DNA from: an uncultured Gemmatimonadales bacterium
GTDB taxonomy: Bacteria > Gemmatimonadota > Gemmatimonadetes > Gemmatimonadales > GWC2-71-9
Assembly (NCBI GenBank): GCA_963748035.1
Contig: CAVVHO010000003.1
Location: forward strand, 646,500 to 710,499
Direction of reading: 5' to 3'
DNA length: 64,000 nt
Of this stretch, positions 1 through 9,285 are shown piece by piece. Position 1 is the stretch's first letter; each line of letters opens with the position of its first letter. The notes under the pieces were generated by a model. That model ran no database searches. It was given only the letters and a program-made list of their open reading frames with translations, and was not told where the DNA came from. The translations under genes were made by a program, and so were the position numbers.

Positions 1-1
1 G

Positions 2-370
2 CTGGCCCGCGAACACGGCTATGTGGAAACGCTCTTCGGTCGGCGGCGCTACATCCCTGAGATCAAGGACAAGAACTTCAATCTGCGCGCCTTTGCCGAG
101 CGGACCGCGGCAAACTCGCCACTTCAGGGATCGGCTGCGGACCTGATCAAGATCGCGATGGTGCGAATCCACGATGTCTTGAAGGCCGAGCACTCCGGGG
201 GCCGGCTCCTTCTGCAAGTGCACGACGAGCTGGTGCTCGAAGCTCCCGAAGGTGAGGTGGATGCAGTGGCTGCGTTAGTGAAGAGCCACATGGAGGGGGC
301 GGCGACGCTGAAAGTCCCGCTGGTTGTGGACGTGGGCACGGGGGCCAACTGGCTGGATGCAAAGCACTGA
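2..370 (+). CDS. polA: DNA polymerase I, C-terminal fragment (gene starts before the window)
   Basis: GYVETLFGRRRY, AERTAANSPLQGSAADLIKIAM and LLLQVHDELVLE (motif C) are PolA polymerase-domain motifs; frame is open from base 2. Confidence 0.97.
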   Translation: MAREHGYVETLFGRRRYIPEIKDKNFNLRAFAERTAANSPLQGSAADLIKIAMVRIHDVLKAEHSGGRLLLQVHDELVLEAPEGEVDAVAALVKSHMEGAATLKVPLVVDVGTGANWLDAKH

Positions 371-379
371 GGCTGAGTA

Positions 380-2638
380 CTACTGTTTCTTGCTCCTGCG
401 CACTCCGGGCCACCAGTTCCATTCACCCGCCAGGTGCATGATCGCCGGCACGAGTACCATTCGAATAATCGTGGCGTCCAACAGCACCGCGACGGCCAGC
501 CCGAACCCCAGAAACTGCATCGCGAGAACCCGCGCGAACGCGAATACCCCGAACACCAGAATCATGATGAGTGCGGCCGAGGTGATCACGGAGGCCGTCG
601 CGGAGAGGCCCTCCTCGGTGGCCTTTTCGTTGTTTCCCGTTTTGTCGAAGGCCTCCTTCACCCGGGCCAGCAGGAATACCTCGTAATCCATGCTGAGCCC
701 GAACACCACGGCGAAGACCAGCACTGGAACCACCACGAAGATCGCCGAGGTTGGCCCCTCGAGCCTGAACAGTGAAGCGCCGAATCCATGCTGGAACACG
801 AGCACGATGAGCCCGAACGTGGCGCTGACCGATAGCGTGTTCATGATCACGGCCTTGATTGGCACCAGCACCGAACGGAACACCAGTCCCAGCATCACCG
901 CCGTGCAGGCGAGAATGAGGAAGACCAAGGTGGGGAACCGCTTCAAGAGCACATCCTGCAGGTCGAGAGACGCCGCGGTATAGCCTCCCACGAGGATTCT
1001 GGCGTCCCGGAGTTGTTTGGGTCGGTCGTGCGCCAGGGCGCGGGCCCGTCGCGAGACATCCATCCCGGAGGGAAGCGAGGTGGTGTCACGCAGGACGGCA
1101 TCAACCAGCCCGACGCGCCCATCCGTGCTCAAGTATGCGTCGAGAAACGCGCCGTACTGCGCGTGGGCGTCGGCCATGTCGCTGTAGAGCACCGAGTACT
1201 CCAGGATCGACGTCCCCGGCTCCAGGTCCACGATGCTCCGGACCTGGGCAACCCGGGGATCCGCCCTCAGGGAGTCTGAGAGTGCTCGGAGCCCACGGAG
1301 GTTGGCAGCACTGGTTATGCTCTGGCCTTCAGGTACCTCGACCAGTACCCGCACCGGGAGAATGATGTTGGCGACGCCCATTCGGTTGAGCGCCTCGACA
1401 CCCTGACCCGCCTCGGTGGCCGGTGGCCACCAGTTCCTGGAGGGAAGCCCGATCTTGAGCCAGAACACCGGGGCGGTGAGGAGTGCAATGATGGTCCCAC
1501 CGATTGCCAGCGCCCGGAGCGGATTGCGCGAGAGACCGCGCGCCCAGCGCTCCCAGGCTGTCGGCGCGTGGTACCACGTGAGCCGCCGCGCCAGCCAGCG
1601 GGGCTGATCGATCTGCCGGCCGAGCACGGCGAGGAGCGCCGGCAGCAGCGTGGTGGACAACGCCACGGCCACGGCAACCACCACCAGCCCGCCGATTCCC
1701 ACGCTCTGGGTCTCCACGAGCGGCGTGAGCAGGAGGGCCGCAAAGCCCACCACAACCGTCATGCCCGAGGTGAGCACCGCGGAGCCCGCCGTGGCCAGCG
1801 CGCGCGACGCCGCCTGCTGGCGACGCAGGCCGCGATTCAACTCCTCGCGAAAGCGGGTGACGATGAGAAGGGAATAATCGATGCCCACGCCGAGCCCGAG
1901 CATCGTCGTCATGTTCAAGACGAACACCGACATCGGCGTGTAGTCGGCCAGCAGCACCACGATAGCGAGCGTCACCCAGATGGCCAGAAACCCCACGACG
2001 AGAGGCAGGATCGCGGCGACGAGTGCACCGAAGGCGAGGAGCAGGATTCCAGCCGTGAGGGGGAGCAGTCTGATCTCGCCCTGCCGACTGTCCGCCGCAA
2101 CCACGTTGCGGACATCCAGATCCAAGGGGGAGCGGCCAGTCACCAGCACCCGGTGTGTGGTGGAGTCCACGCGGGTCTGGACCATCGCTTCGTGTACGAG
2201 CCTGCGTACCGGCAGCACCAGTTTTGAGACGCTGTCCGCGCGATCGGCGTCCACGGCCACCACGAGAAAGGTCCGGTGGCCGTCCTTGCTGATGAACGTC
2301 GAATCTTGCGTGGATCGGAACGACGCGACGGTGGCGATGTATGGCGCGCGCGCAAACTTTGCCAACAGGCTGTCGAGCAGCACCAGCGCGGGCCCGCTGT
2401 CCATAGACTCCGGCGCCTCTACCGTCACCGCGAAGAAGTCGTTCAGGGGTTTGGCAAACCGGGTGCGAAGAATTCTGTCGGCATGTGAGGCTTCGGTCGG
2501 CTCCCGCGTTCCACCGCGGACATTGAGGACCTCGACGACCTGTGGAGACTTCTTCGCGGCGAGATACCCGATCACCGTCCAGAAGACGATGATCGCCCAG
2601 CGCCAACGGATGATGACCCGCGGTACAAAGGAAGCCAC
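380..2638 (-). CDS. MMPL family (RND superfamily) lipid transporter
   Basis: 752 aa; two repeats of periplasmic loop plus TM bundle; GLGVGIDYSLLIVTRFREE and FGLSMDYEVFLLARVKE motifs. Confidence 0.92.
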   Translation of the reverse strand: MASFVPRVIIRWRWAIIVFWTVIGYLAAKKSPQVVEVLNVRGGTREPTEASHADRILRTRFAKPLNDFFAVTVEAPESMDSGPALVLLDSLLAKFARAPYIATVASFRSTQDSTFISKDGHRTFLVVAVDADRADSVSKLVLPVRRLVHEAMVQTRVDSTTHRVLVTGRSPLDLDVRNVVAADSRQGEIRLLPLTAGILLLAFGALVAAILPLVVGFLAIWVTLAIVVLLADYTPMSVFVLNMTTMLGLGVGIDYSLLIVTRFREELNRGLRRQQAASRALATAGSAVLTSGMTVVVGFAALLLTPLVETQSVGIGGLVVVAVAVALSTTLLPALLAVLGRQIDQPRWLARRLTWYHAPTAWERWARGLSRNPLRALAIGGTIIALLTAPVFWLKIGLPSRNWWPPATEAGQGVEALNRMGVANIILPVRVLVEVPEGQSITSAANLRGLRALSDSLRADPRVAQVRSIVDLEPGTSILEYSVLYSDMADAHAQYGAFLDAYLSTDGRVGLVDAVLRDTTSLPSGMDVSRRARALAHDRPKQLRDARILVGGYTAASLDLQDVLLKRFPTLVFLILACTAVMLGLVFRSVLVPIKAVIMNTLSVSATFGLIVLVFQHGFGASLFRLEGPTSAIFVVVPVLVFAVVFGLSMDYEVFLLARVKEAFDKTGNNEKATEEGLSATASVITSAALIMILVFGVFAFARVLAMQFLGFGLAVAVLLDATIIRMVLVPAIMHLAGEWNWWPGVRRSKKQ

Positions 2639-2765
2639 GCGCTGGGAAACTCCCGGAAATGGGCGGGGGGTGGAGGCGGTGCGGCTCGCGAAATTCTAGA
2701 GGCCCATGCGTCGGGACGCCAGCGGTGGCGCCCAACCGCACCAAACCCCGATATTCCGCTCCAGC

Positions 2766-3572
2766 ATGATGATTCGATTTCTGACGTCGCTCCTGGTGCT
2801 GCTTGTGGTCCTCGCCGTCGGCGCGAAGGTCCGCGAAGCCACGCGGCCTCATGCCCGTGACGCCGCGGCCGCGGCCGCGGATTCGGTGCGTCACGACTTG
2901 ACGCTTGGTGCCCACGCCGGTACTCGGCCGGTGGGCGCGAACGATTTCATGGGCGCGCCTCCCCGCCCACTCGACTCCCTCGAGCGCGCAGGTGCCCGCA
3001 TACGGCTGGGAGCGGAGCTGCAGCGCCACTACCTGGACTCTCTTTTCGCCGGCCCCGATTCGATCGTGCGTCACTGGGCGGTTGACGGCGGCGCCATCAT
3101 GATCGCGATCATCCCCGGGGGATCCGAGGGTTTCTTGCCCGAAATGACGTCGGAGGTACGCACCGCGTTCGACCTCTGGTCACCGGCAGCAGCCGGACTG
3201 CGCTTTCTGGAGCAAGACGATACCGTCGGGGCGGACATGACCATTCGGTGGGCCGACACGCTCGAGGCCGATCGCGCCGGGGCCACCGACGTCACCTGGG
3301 ACAAGGGCGGCCGCATTCATCGAGTCACGGTCTATCTGCGAACCCGATCTCCCACCACGGGCCAAACCTTTGGCGCGGAGGCCCGCCGTGCCATCGCGCT
3401 CCATGAACTAGGCCACGCGCTGGGGCTACCACACTCCACGCATCCTGAGGATGTGATGTATCCCGTGGCCACGGCCACCGCACTCACCGACCGCGATCGC
3501 TTCTCACTCCGGCTGTTGTACGAGTTGCCCACCGGCTGGATCGGCACCTCAATTCGCGCGGTGAGTCCGTGA
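2766..3572 (+). CDS. Matrixin-family (M10-like) zinc metalloprotease, exported
   Basis: HELGHALGLPHS zinc motif plus Met-turn DVMYP; N-terminal hydrophobic segment; start set at MMIRFL (ORF track opens at 2706). Confidence 0.85.
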   Translation: MMIRFLTSLLVLLVVLAVGAKVREATRPHARDAAAAAADSVRHDLTLGAHAGTRPVGANDFMGAPPRPLDSLERAGARIRLGAELQRHYLDSLFAGPDSIVRHWAVDGGAIMIAIIPGGSEGFLPEMTSEVRTAFDLWSPAAAGLRFLEQDDTVGADMTIRWADTLEADRAGATDVTWDKGGRIHRVTVYLRTRSPTTGQTFGAEARRAIALHELGHALGLPHSTHPEDVMYPVATATALTDRDRFSLRLLYELPTGWIGTSIRAVSP

Positions 3573-4702
3573 ACTTCTGCTTGACTGCCGCCGTCGCGTG
3601 CATCGTGACCGCTCAGCCGATCCTCGCCCAGCAATTCCGGTCTGCGGATTCGATTGTGAAGAGCGGTATCAGCAAGGGCATCTACCCTGGGGCGGTGCTG
3701 GTCGTGGGTCGGCGCGATCGCATTCTCTTCGCGCGGGCTTTCGGCCATCTCGAGTGGCGATCGGCTTCTCCGGTTCCCTCCCCCGATTCGACGTTGTGGG
3801 ATCTTGCCTCCCTGACAAAGGTCGTCGGTACGACGCCCGCCGTAATGCGATTGGCCGAAGAACATCGCATTGAGCTGGATGCGCCCGTCAGTCGCTACTT
3901 GCCGCGATTCTCCGGGCTCGGGAAGGAGACGGTGACGGTTAGGCAGCTGCTGGATCATTCCAGTGGATTGCCGAGCTACCTGCAGTTCTTCAAGCTTGCC
4001 CCCACCCGCGACAGCGCCATTGGGCTGCTCTACAGAACCCCTCTCAGGCGTCCGCCTGGGAAGGTGGTGGAATACAGCGATCTCAACTTTCTCCTGCTCG
4101 GTCTGCTCGTGGAGCGAGTGTCTGGGGAGCCGCTCGACCAGTATGTGACTCGAGCGGTGCTTCAGCCGGTGGGCATGAGGCAGACCGTCTATCGCCCTGG
4201 CAAATCGGCGGCGCGGTCCACGGCGCCCACCGGGCAATGGCGCGGCCATCCGGTCTGTTGTGAGGTGAACGACCAGAACGCCGTACGATTCGGAGGTGCC
4301 GCGGGACACGCGGGCCTCTTCAGCACTGCGATGGACCTGGCGCGGTATGCCCGCTTGTGGCTGAACGAGGGTACCCTCGATGGCCAACGGATCCTCGACG
4401 CCGCAACCGTGCGCGCATTTCTCAGCCCGCAGGGGATCGACGCGACCCGAGTGCTTGGCTGGGAGCGTCCCGACCCCCGCCATCGCGGCGACTCCGCCTA
4501 CGGTCATCTCCTCTCGAGCCGCGCCTACGGCCATACCGGCTGGACCGGGACGCTCCTCTGGTTGGATCCGGAGCAAGACATCTTCACGGTATTTCTCACG
4601 AATCGGTCATACAATCCCAGGATAGGCCACTCCATCCGTGCCCTGCGCGCCGTACGGGGAGCCTTGGCCGATGCATTGGTTCGAGAACTGGCCCGGCAAT
4701 GA
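3569..4702 (+). CDS. Serine hydrolase, beta-lactamase/AmpC-like family
   Basis: SLTK (SxxK), YSD and GHTGWTG motifs; signal peptide; GTGA overlap with upstream gene. Confidence 0.9.
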   Translation: MNFCLTAAVACIVTAQPILAQQFRSADSIVKSGISKGIYPGAVLVVGRRDRILFARAFGHLEWRSASPVPSPDSTLWDLASLTKVVGTTPAVMRLAEEHRIELDAPVSRYLPRFSGLGKETVTVRQLLDHSSGLPSYLQFFKLAPTRDSAIGLLYRTPLRRPPGKVVEYSDLNFLLLGLLVERVSGEPLDQYVTRAVLQPVGMRQTVYRPGKSAARSTAPTGQWRGHPVCCEVNDQNAVRFGGAAGHAGLFSTAMDLARYARLWLNEGTLDGQRILDAATVRAFLSPQGIDATRVLGWERPDPRHRGDSAYGHLLSSRAYGHTGWTGTLLWLDPEQDIFTVFLTNRSYNPRIGHSIRALRAVRGALADALVRELARQ

Positions 4703-4755
4703 GTCTCCCTTTCCCGGGTCCGGACTCTCCGCTACGTTCCCGCGAGGAGGTGGTT

Positions 4756-5055
4756 ATGCAGACGCCAGAGACCGTCCGCAAGGCGCTTCGTGGAGTGAAG
4801 GATCCGGAACTGAACTTGAACATCGTCGACATCGGGCTGGTCTACGAGATCACGGTGAGCGAAGCGGGGGATGTACACGTCCAGATGACACTCACCTCAC
4901 CGGGTTGCCCGGCAGGGGCCGAAATCGTGTCCGACGTGAAGCAGACAATCGAGGACCTGGAAGGGGTGACCTCGGTCGAGGTCGAGATTGTCTGGGAGCC
5001 TTACTGGACACCGGAGAAAATGGATCCTCGAATTCGGGCGTTTCTGGGAGGGTGA
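4756..5055 (+). CDS. DUF59 / SufT-like metal-sulfur cluster assembly factor
   Basis: DPELNLNIVDIGLVY and TLTSPGCP motifs; GAGGAGG SD before ATG 4756 (alternative coupled start at 4699). Confidence 0.9.
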   Translation: MQTPETVRKALRGVKDPELNLNIVDIGLVYEITVSEAGDVHVQMTLTSPGCPAGAEIVSDVKQTIEDLEGVTSVEVEIVWEPYWTPEKMDPRIRAFLGG

Positions 5056-5056
5056 T

Positions 5057-5084
5057 GCTGGGCGGGTGAGCGGGGCAGCCCAGC
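5057..5084. terminator. Hairpin between convergent genes, possible terminator
   Basis: GCTGGGC (5057-5063) pairs with GCCCAGC (5078-5084); no clear U-tract. Confidence 0.35.
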
Positions 5085-5092
5085 CCACGATC

Positions 5093-6256
5093 TCACCCTG
5101 CTTTCGTCCCCCGCGCTGCCTTGAGCAGATCCTCTCCGAGCAATTCACGCTGCCAGTTTCGCATTCCTTCCACCTGGTTCAATTGCTCCGGTTCCATCGG
5201 CTCCAATCGGGCGATGCCCTCGAGGATCCCGTTGGGGCACAGCACGCCAGGGGCCAACGGTATCCGCTCGGCGATGGCGTTGCGGGCGGATTTGAGTCGC
5301 TCCAGGCGGGCTTCATAGGCGGCGTCTGGCGCCTGCCGCCGGCTGCGCTCGAACACCGGAATGCTGTCCATGGGCGCCTGCATCCCGCGGGCCACCGCAT
5401 TCAGCAGGTCGCCGCCGCGTCGGCGGAGCTGATCTGGTGAGAGCGCTTTGAGTTCCCTCAATGCCGCCTCGTCCCCCGGCACCGCTTTCGCTATCGCCAG
5501 GAGGGCCTCGTTCATGAGGACACGGAACGGGGCGCGGTCGAGTTCACCCGCGACACGCTCCCGCCAAGCGTAGAGTTCACGCAGGACGGCAAGCTGGTGG
5601 CCCTTGAGACTCCGGACTCCCTTGAGTCGGAGGTAGGCCTCTTCGGGCGGCCCGGACACCGTCCACCGCACTCCCCCCAACAGGCCGAACTCCTCTTCTG
5701 CCCAGCGCCATCTGCCCTCCGCCACGAGCCGCTCTTTCATGAGGTCCCTCAGGGCGGGAAGAAAACGAGTGTCGTCGGCCGCATAGTCCAACATCCCCTG
5801 CAGGAGTGGCCGCATGGACCAGTCGGCTCGCTGGTACTTCTTGTCGAGAGCGATACCGCTGTACTTGTCGAGGAGTGCGGCCAGCCCGATTCCCGGTTCA
5901 TTCAGCAGCTGTGCGGCGATCCGGGTATCAAAGAGATTCGCGGCGGTGAACCCATAGTCCCGATTCAGGATGCGGAGATCGTAGTCCGCATCGTGGAAGA
6001 GCGTCTCGACCGCGGGATCGGCAAGCAGACGTCCCAGGCCCGTCAGATCAGACACCGCGAGGGGATCGACCACGGCGGTCAGTTCGCGGGTGGAGAGCTG
6101 GACCAGATAGATCCGATCTCGGTAGCGATGGAAGCTGGCGGCTTCAGTATCCACCGCGAGGATGGGCGTACCGACAAGCTGGGTTGCGAGATCGTCGAAG
6201 GCTGCTTGAGATTCGATGTGGAGGAACTCCCGCCCGATTGCGGGAATCTCACTCAC
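5093..6256 (-). CDS. rnd: Ribonuclease D (DEDDy 3'-5' exonuclease plus HRDC)
   Basis: AVDTEA, FHDADYDL, LFDTRIAA, ADWSMRPL, YAADD motifs; HRDC region WRERVAGELDRAPFRVL. Confidence 0.92.
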   Translation of the reverse strand: MSEIPAIGREFLHIESQAAFDDLATQLVGTPILAVDTEAASFHRYRDRIYLVQLSTRELTAVVDPLAVSDLTGLGRLLADPAVETLFHDADYDLRILNRDYGFTAANLFDTRIAAQLLNEPGIGLAALLDKYSGIALDKKYQRADWSMRPLLQGMLDYAADDTRFLPALRDLMKERLVAEGRWRWAEEEFGLLGGVRWTVSGPPEEAYLRLKGVRSLKGHQLAVLRELYAWRERVAGELDRAPFRVLMNEALLAIAKAVPGDEAALRELKALSPDQLRRRGGDLLNAVARGMQAPMDSIPVFERSRRQAPDAAYEARLERLKSARNAIAERIPLAPGVLCPNGILEGIARLEPMEPEQLNQVEGMRNWQRELLGEDLLKAARGTKAG

Positions 6257-6419
6257 GGGCGCTTACCATCTCGAAGCCGGCGGCGATTTCATCAAGCACT
6301 TTGGAGGCGGCCTTGTGAAATTCCGCGTCGGGTTCGCTCTCGCCTCCCATGGCGGCGTCCATCTGAGGCTTGCGCGCGAGTTTCGCGGCATGGCGGATGT
6401 AATCGGTGGCGGGTTTCAT
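6249..6419 (-). CDS. Small hypothetical protein (56 aa), overlapping the rnd start
   Basis: MKPATDYIRHAAK...FEMVSARE; 8-nt overlap with rnd; start chosen at ATG 6419. Confidence 0.5.
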   Translation of the reverse strand: MKPATDYIRHAAKLARKPQMDAAMGGESEPDAEFHKAASKVLDEIAAGFEMVSARE

Positions 6420-6551
6420 GTGAAGCGGTTCGTTGCTCAAGGTTGGCGTGCTCACTTCTGCGGCCCGACGCCACAATCTAGTCGGTTGGGCGGCGCGCCC
6501 GTACGGTTTTGCCCTGTACCTCAACCGCCGAAGGCCTTACGCTCCTCGATC

Positions 6552-7589
6552 GTGACTCTGCCGCTCTCCAGTTTCGTTTCTCGACTTCCGCCGCGCCTCG
6601 AGATCGGGACGTATCCTTCGCCGCTGGAGGACCGTCCCGAGCTCGCTCGTCATTTCGGTGCCGAGATCCTCATAGTGAAGCGAGAGGACCTCAACGGATC
6701 ACCCTTCGGGGGAAACAAGCTCCGGGCGATTGAGTGGCTGCTGCCGACCTGCGGACGCGCCATGGTCACCATGGGGGGCTATGGCTCTACCTGGTGTGCG
6801 GCGCTCGCCGCGGCGAGCGAACACAACCAGACCCGCGTCCACGTCGCCCTGTTCCCCCAGCCATGGTCGCCAACGGTGGCGGGAACGCTGTCCACCACCA
6901 TTGCGCGGGGCGAAGTGCACCTCGCGGCTTCGCGCTGGGGCCTTCCCGGCGCGATCGTCGCGGCATGGCGTGGGGCCCGTAGAGACGGTCCGGTCAGCTG
7001 GCTGCCGGCGGGCGGCGCAACACCGGTTGCCGTGCTGGGGAGCGTGAATGCTGCCCTGGAGCTGGTCGCACAGGTCAGTGAGCGCGGCTGGCGACGTCCC
7101 GATGCGATCGTCGTTCCGCTGGGAACCGGTGGCACAGCGGCCGGTCTCCTCGTGGGGATGTGGCTGGCGGGATGGAAAGTCAAAATCTGTGCGGTTCGCG
7201 TGACTGATCCATGGTATGCGAACCGTCACCGCGTCCTTTCGCTCGCCCGGAAGACCCTCGCTGTCCTGCGCGAGCTAGGGGCTGCCCCCACCCCCGGACC
7301 CGCCTCGCTCCGTGTCGTGGGTGACCAACTCGGCTCAGGCTATGGTCACCCGACCCCTGCGGGTGAGGAACTGCGGTCCCGAATGGCGGATGCCGGCATT
7401 ACCGTTGACCTGACCTACGGCGCGAAGGCGTGCGCCGCGATCGCCACCCTGGCGAGTTCCTTCCCGGCCATTTGCTTGTGGCATACTTTTGACGCCAGGC
7501 TCGTGTCCCAGCCGTTGCAAGAGCACCCTCTCCTGCGCAGCGCGCGCGGGCACGCGGAGATGTTGTGGCCCCACCTGAAATCGATCTGA
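6552..7589 (+). CDS. PLP-dependent enzyme, ACC deaminase / D-cysteine desulfhydrase family
   Basis: KREDL...GGNKLR (PLP lysine), VPLGTGGT, DLTYGAKA; start at GTG 6552, preceded by TACGCT 8 nt upstream. Confidence 0.85.
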   Translation: MTLPLSSFVSRLPPRLEIGTYPSPLEDRPELARHFGAEILIVKREDLNGSPFGGNKLRAIEWLLPTCGRAMVTMGGYGSTWCAALAAASEHNQTRVHVALFPQPWSPTVAGTLSTTIARGEVHLAASRWGLPGAIVAAWRGARRDGPVSWLPAGGATPVAVLGSVNAALELVAQVSERGWRRPDAIVVPLGTGGTAAGLLVGMWLAGWKVKICAVRVTDPWYANRHRVLSLARKTLAVLRELGAAPTPGPASLRVVGDQLGSGYGHPTPAGEELRSRMADAGITVDLTYGAKACAAIATLASSFPAICLWHTFDARLVSQPLQEHPLLRSARGHAEMLWPHLKSI

Positions 7590-8779
7590 CGGTCTATCCC
7601 GACGAGTGTGACGCCTACGGTCATCTGAACCAGGCGGCGTTCCTCGCGCTGTTCGAGCGCGCGCGCTGGGAAATGCTGGCTCGTGGCCCCGGGATGGACT
7701 TCTTCACCCGCCAAGGCTCATGGCCCGCGGTCCGTAAGACGCTGGTCGAATACCACGCCCCGGCCCTTCCCGGCGATGTCCTCCGCTTCACCCAGGTGCT
7801 TGTGCACCTCGGGCGCACCAGCTTCACCATCCGGCAGACAGCCCGCCGACTGCGGGATGACTCCCTGATGGCGACCGCGGAACTGGTCTTCGTCTGTGTC
7901 GACCAGCAAGGGGCGCCCGTTCCGGTGCCGGAGTCGCTTCCGCAGGTCATGGCTGACCGCCAGCTGCCAGGAAACCTCCGCCGGATTGCCGTCAACGGTG
8001 TGAACCTGGCGGTTGATGTCAGAGGCAAGGGCCCGGCCGTGCTATTCATTCACGGCTACCCGCTGGATCACACAATGTGGGAACACCAGCTTGGGCACCT
8101 GGACGGCTGGATGCGGATCGCGCCAGATCTGCGCGGGATGGGCCAGTCGGACGCACCGGACCTTGGCTACAGCATGGCCACCTACGCGGAAGATTTGCTC
8201 GCGCTCCTCAATACGCTGGGTGTCGAGCGAGTGACCCTTTGCGGCCTGTCCATGGGGGGATACGTCGCATTCGAGATCATGCGACGGGCGCCAGAACGGG
8301 TGCGTGCTCTGATTCTGATAAACACGCGTGCGGACGCGGATAGCGCCGACGCTCGGAAGGCCCGGGATTCGGCGGCGGCAGCGGCGCGGGAAGGGGGCGC
8401 AGAATTGGTCGCCGAGTCGATGTTGCCGCGCCTCCTGGCCCGCACTGCCCCGGCAAACAACCCCGAACTGGTGGAACGACTCCGGCGCATGATCGAGGCC
8501 ACACCCGTTGCCGGCATACTCGGCGCGCTCGGCGCCATGCGCGACCGGCCCGATAGCCTCGCCCTATTGCCGGCCCTCACCGAGACACCGACCCTCGTCA
8601 TCGCCGGGGACGACGATCAGATTTTGCGGCCGGATTCGTCCCAATCCATGGCCGACGCAATTCCCGGAGCTCGACTGGCGGTGCTTCCCGGCGCCGGCCA
8701 CCTCACACCGCTGGAATTGCCGGAGGCGGTCACTGCCCTATTGGCGGACTTCTTGGCCGGCGCGGGACGTTCCACCTAG
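7565..8779 (+). CDS. Fusion of hot-dog acyl-CoA thioesterase (YbgC/4HBT-like) and alpha/beta hydrolase (PcaD-like)
   Basis: N-terminal DAYGHLNQA motif; C-terminal HGYP, GLSMGG nucleophile elbow, GDDD acid and AGHL histidine. Confidence 0.85.
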   Translation: MAPPEIDLTVYPDECDAYGHLNQAAFLALFERARWEMLARGPGMDFFTRQGSWPAVRKTLVEYHAPALPGDVLRFTQVLVHLGRTSFTIRQTARRLRDDSLMATAELVFVCVDQQGAPVPVPESLPQVMADRQLPGNLRRIAVNGVNLAVDVRGKGPAVLFIHGYPLDHTMWEHQLGHLDGWMRIAPDLRGMGQSDAPDLGYSMATYAEDLLALLNTLGVERVTLCGLSMGGYVAFEIMRRAPERVRALILINTRADADSADARKARDSAAAAAREGGAELVAESMLPRLLARTAPANNPELVERLRRMIEATPVAGILGALGAMRDRPDSLALLPALTETPTLVIAGDDDQILRPDSSQSMADAIPGARLAVLPGAGHLTPLELPEAVTALLADFLAGAGRST

Positions 8780-8824
8780 CGCTGCAACCTTTCTCAGGGC
8801 TCCAACGTCTATACTTGTGAGCGA

Positions 8825-9012
8825 AGGCAACCCACTTCGGTGGCGCCGGCGCTTGAGAGACCCTTCCTTCCACGCCCCGAAACCGCGGCCAAGCAGTACG
8901 GTTCCGGGGCGCCTCTCTTTTCCCAGGTCCCCAAACCGTCTGCGCCGGAAATAAGCGACCCCCCGCCAGAGGGCGGAGGGTCGGTAAACCGGGAGTGTCC
9001 TAGGGGCTGCCT
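8825..9012 (-). ncRNA. Candidate ~190-nt structured non-coding RNA, family unassigned
   Basis: Nested helices 8825-33/9004-12, 8833-41/8988-97, 8846-52/8942-48, 8853-62/8926-34, 8872-85/8899-912 and side hairpin 8956-83; six A-C mismatches on + become G-U pairs on -. Confidence 0.5.
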
Positions 9013-9021
9013 GGCGAATTG

Positions 9022-9285
9022 CTATTTCTTCGGTTTCCCCGGCGGCGTGTCGCTGGTGAAGATGACCTTGTTCATCTCGATGTACGACTGCATGTTCGCG
9101 GGGACATCCTCCTCGGGGAAGATCGCGGTGACCGGGCACTCCGGCTCGCAGGCCCCGCAGTCGATGCACTCGTCAGGGTGGATGTAAAGCATGTCCTCAC
9201 CCTCGTAGATGCAATCCACGGGGCAGACATCCACGCAGCCGCGATCCTTGACGCCGATGCAGGCTTCAGTGATCACGTAGGTCAT
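9022..9285 (-). CDS. Dicluster (7Fe/8Fe) ferredoxin, FdxA-like
   Basis: MTYVITEAC...[11 protein letters not shown]...[13 protein letters not shown]; SD AAGAGGAG before ATG 9285. Confidence 0.95.
   Translation of the reverse strand: MTYVITEACIGVKDRGCVDVCPVDCIYEGEDMLYIHPDECIDCGACEPECPVTAIFPEEDVPANMQSYIEMNKVIFTSDTPPGKPKK

Noticed and set aside
1329-3074. 581-aa minus-strand ORF and other long shadow ORFs (e.g. 3332-4576, 31875-33080, 62363-63535)
   Set aside because: They overlap well-supported genes in other frames or strands, are Arg/Gly/Pro-rich with no motifs, and are expected in high-GC DNA
6216-6551. Long N-terminal extensions on several ORF-track calls (6216, 19588, 21149, 31573, 34117, 37787, 45024, 54759, 59976)
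   Set aside because: Family motifs begin at downstream starts that have SD, -10 or stop-start coupling support; the extensions overlap neighbouring genes or repeats
6552-7589. Calling this a true ACC deaminase (acdS)
   Set aside because: It lacks the YEGK glutamate and the GGxQSN motif of ACC deaminases; only family-level assignment is supported
8845-8870. TPP or c-di-GMP riboswitch-like words (TTGAGAGACCC; GGCAACCC...)
   Set aside because: The remaining conserved cores (CCTGAT...GCGTAGGGA; GNRA loop plus receptor) are missing, and no same-strand gene lies downstream
8825-9012. Firm 6S RNA (ssrS) or SRP RNA call
   Set aside because: The apical arm is too short for typical 6S geometry, the strand is ambiguous, and the SRP helix-8 motif is absent; kept only as an unassigned candidate
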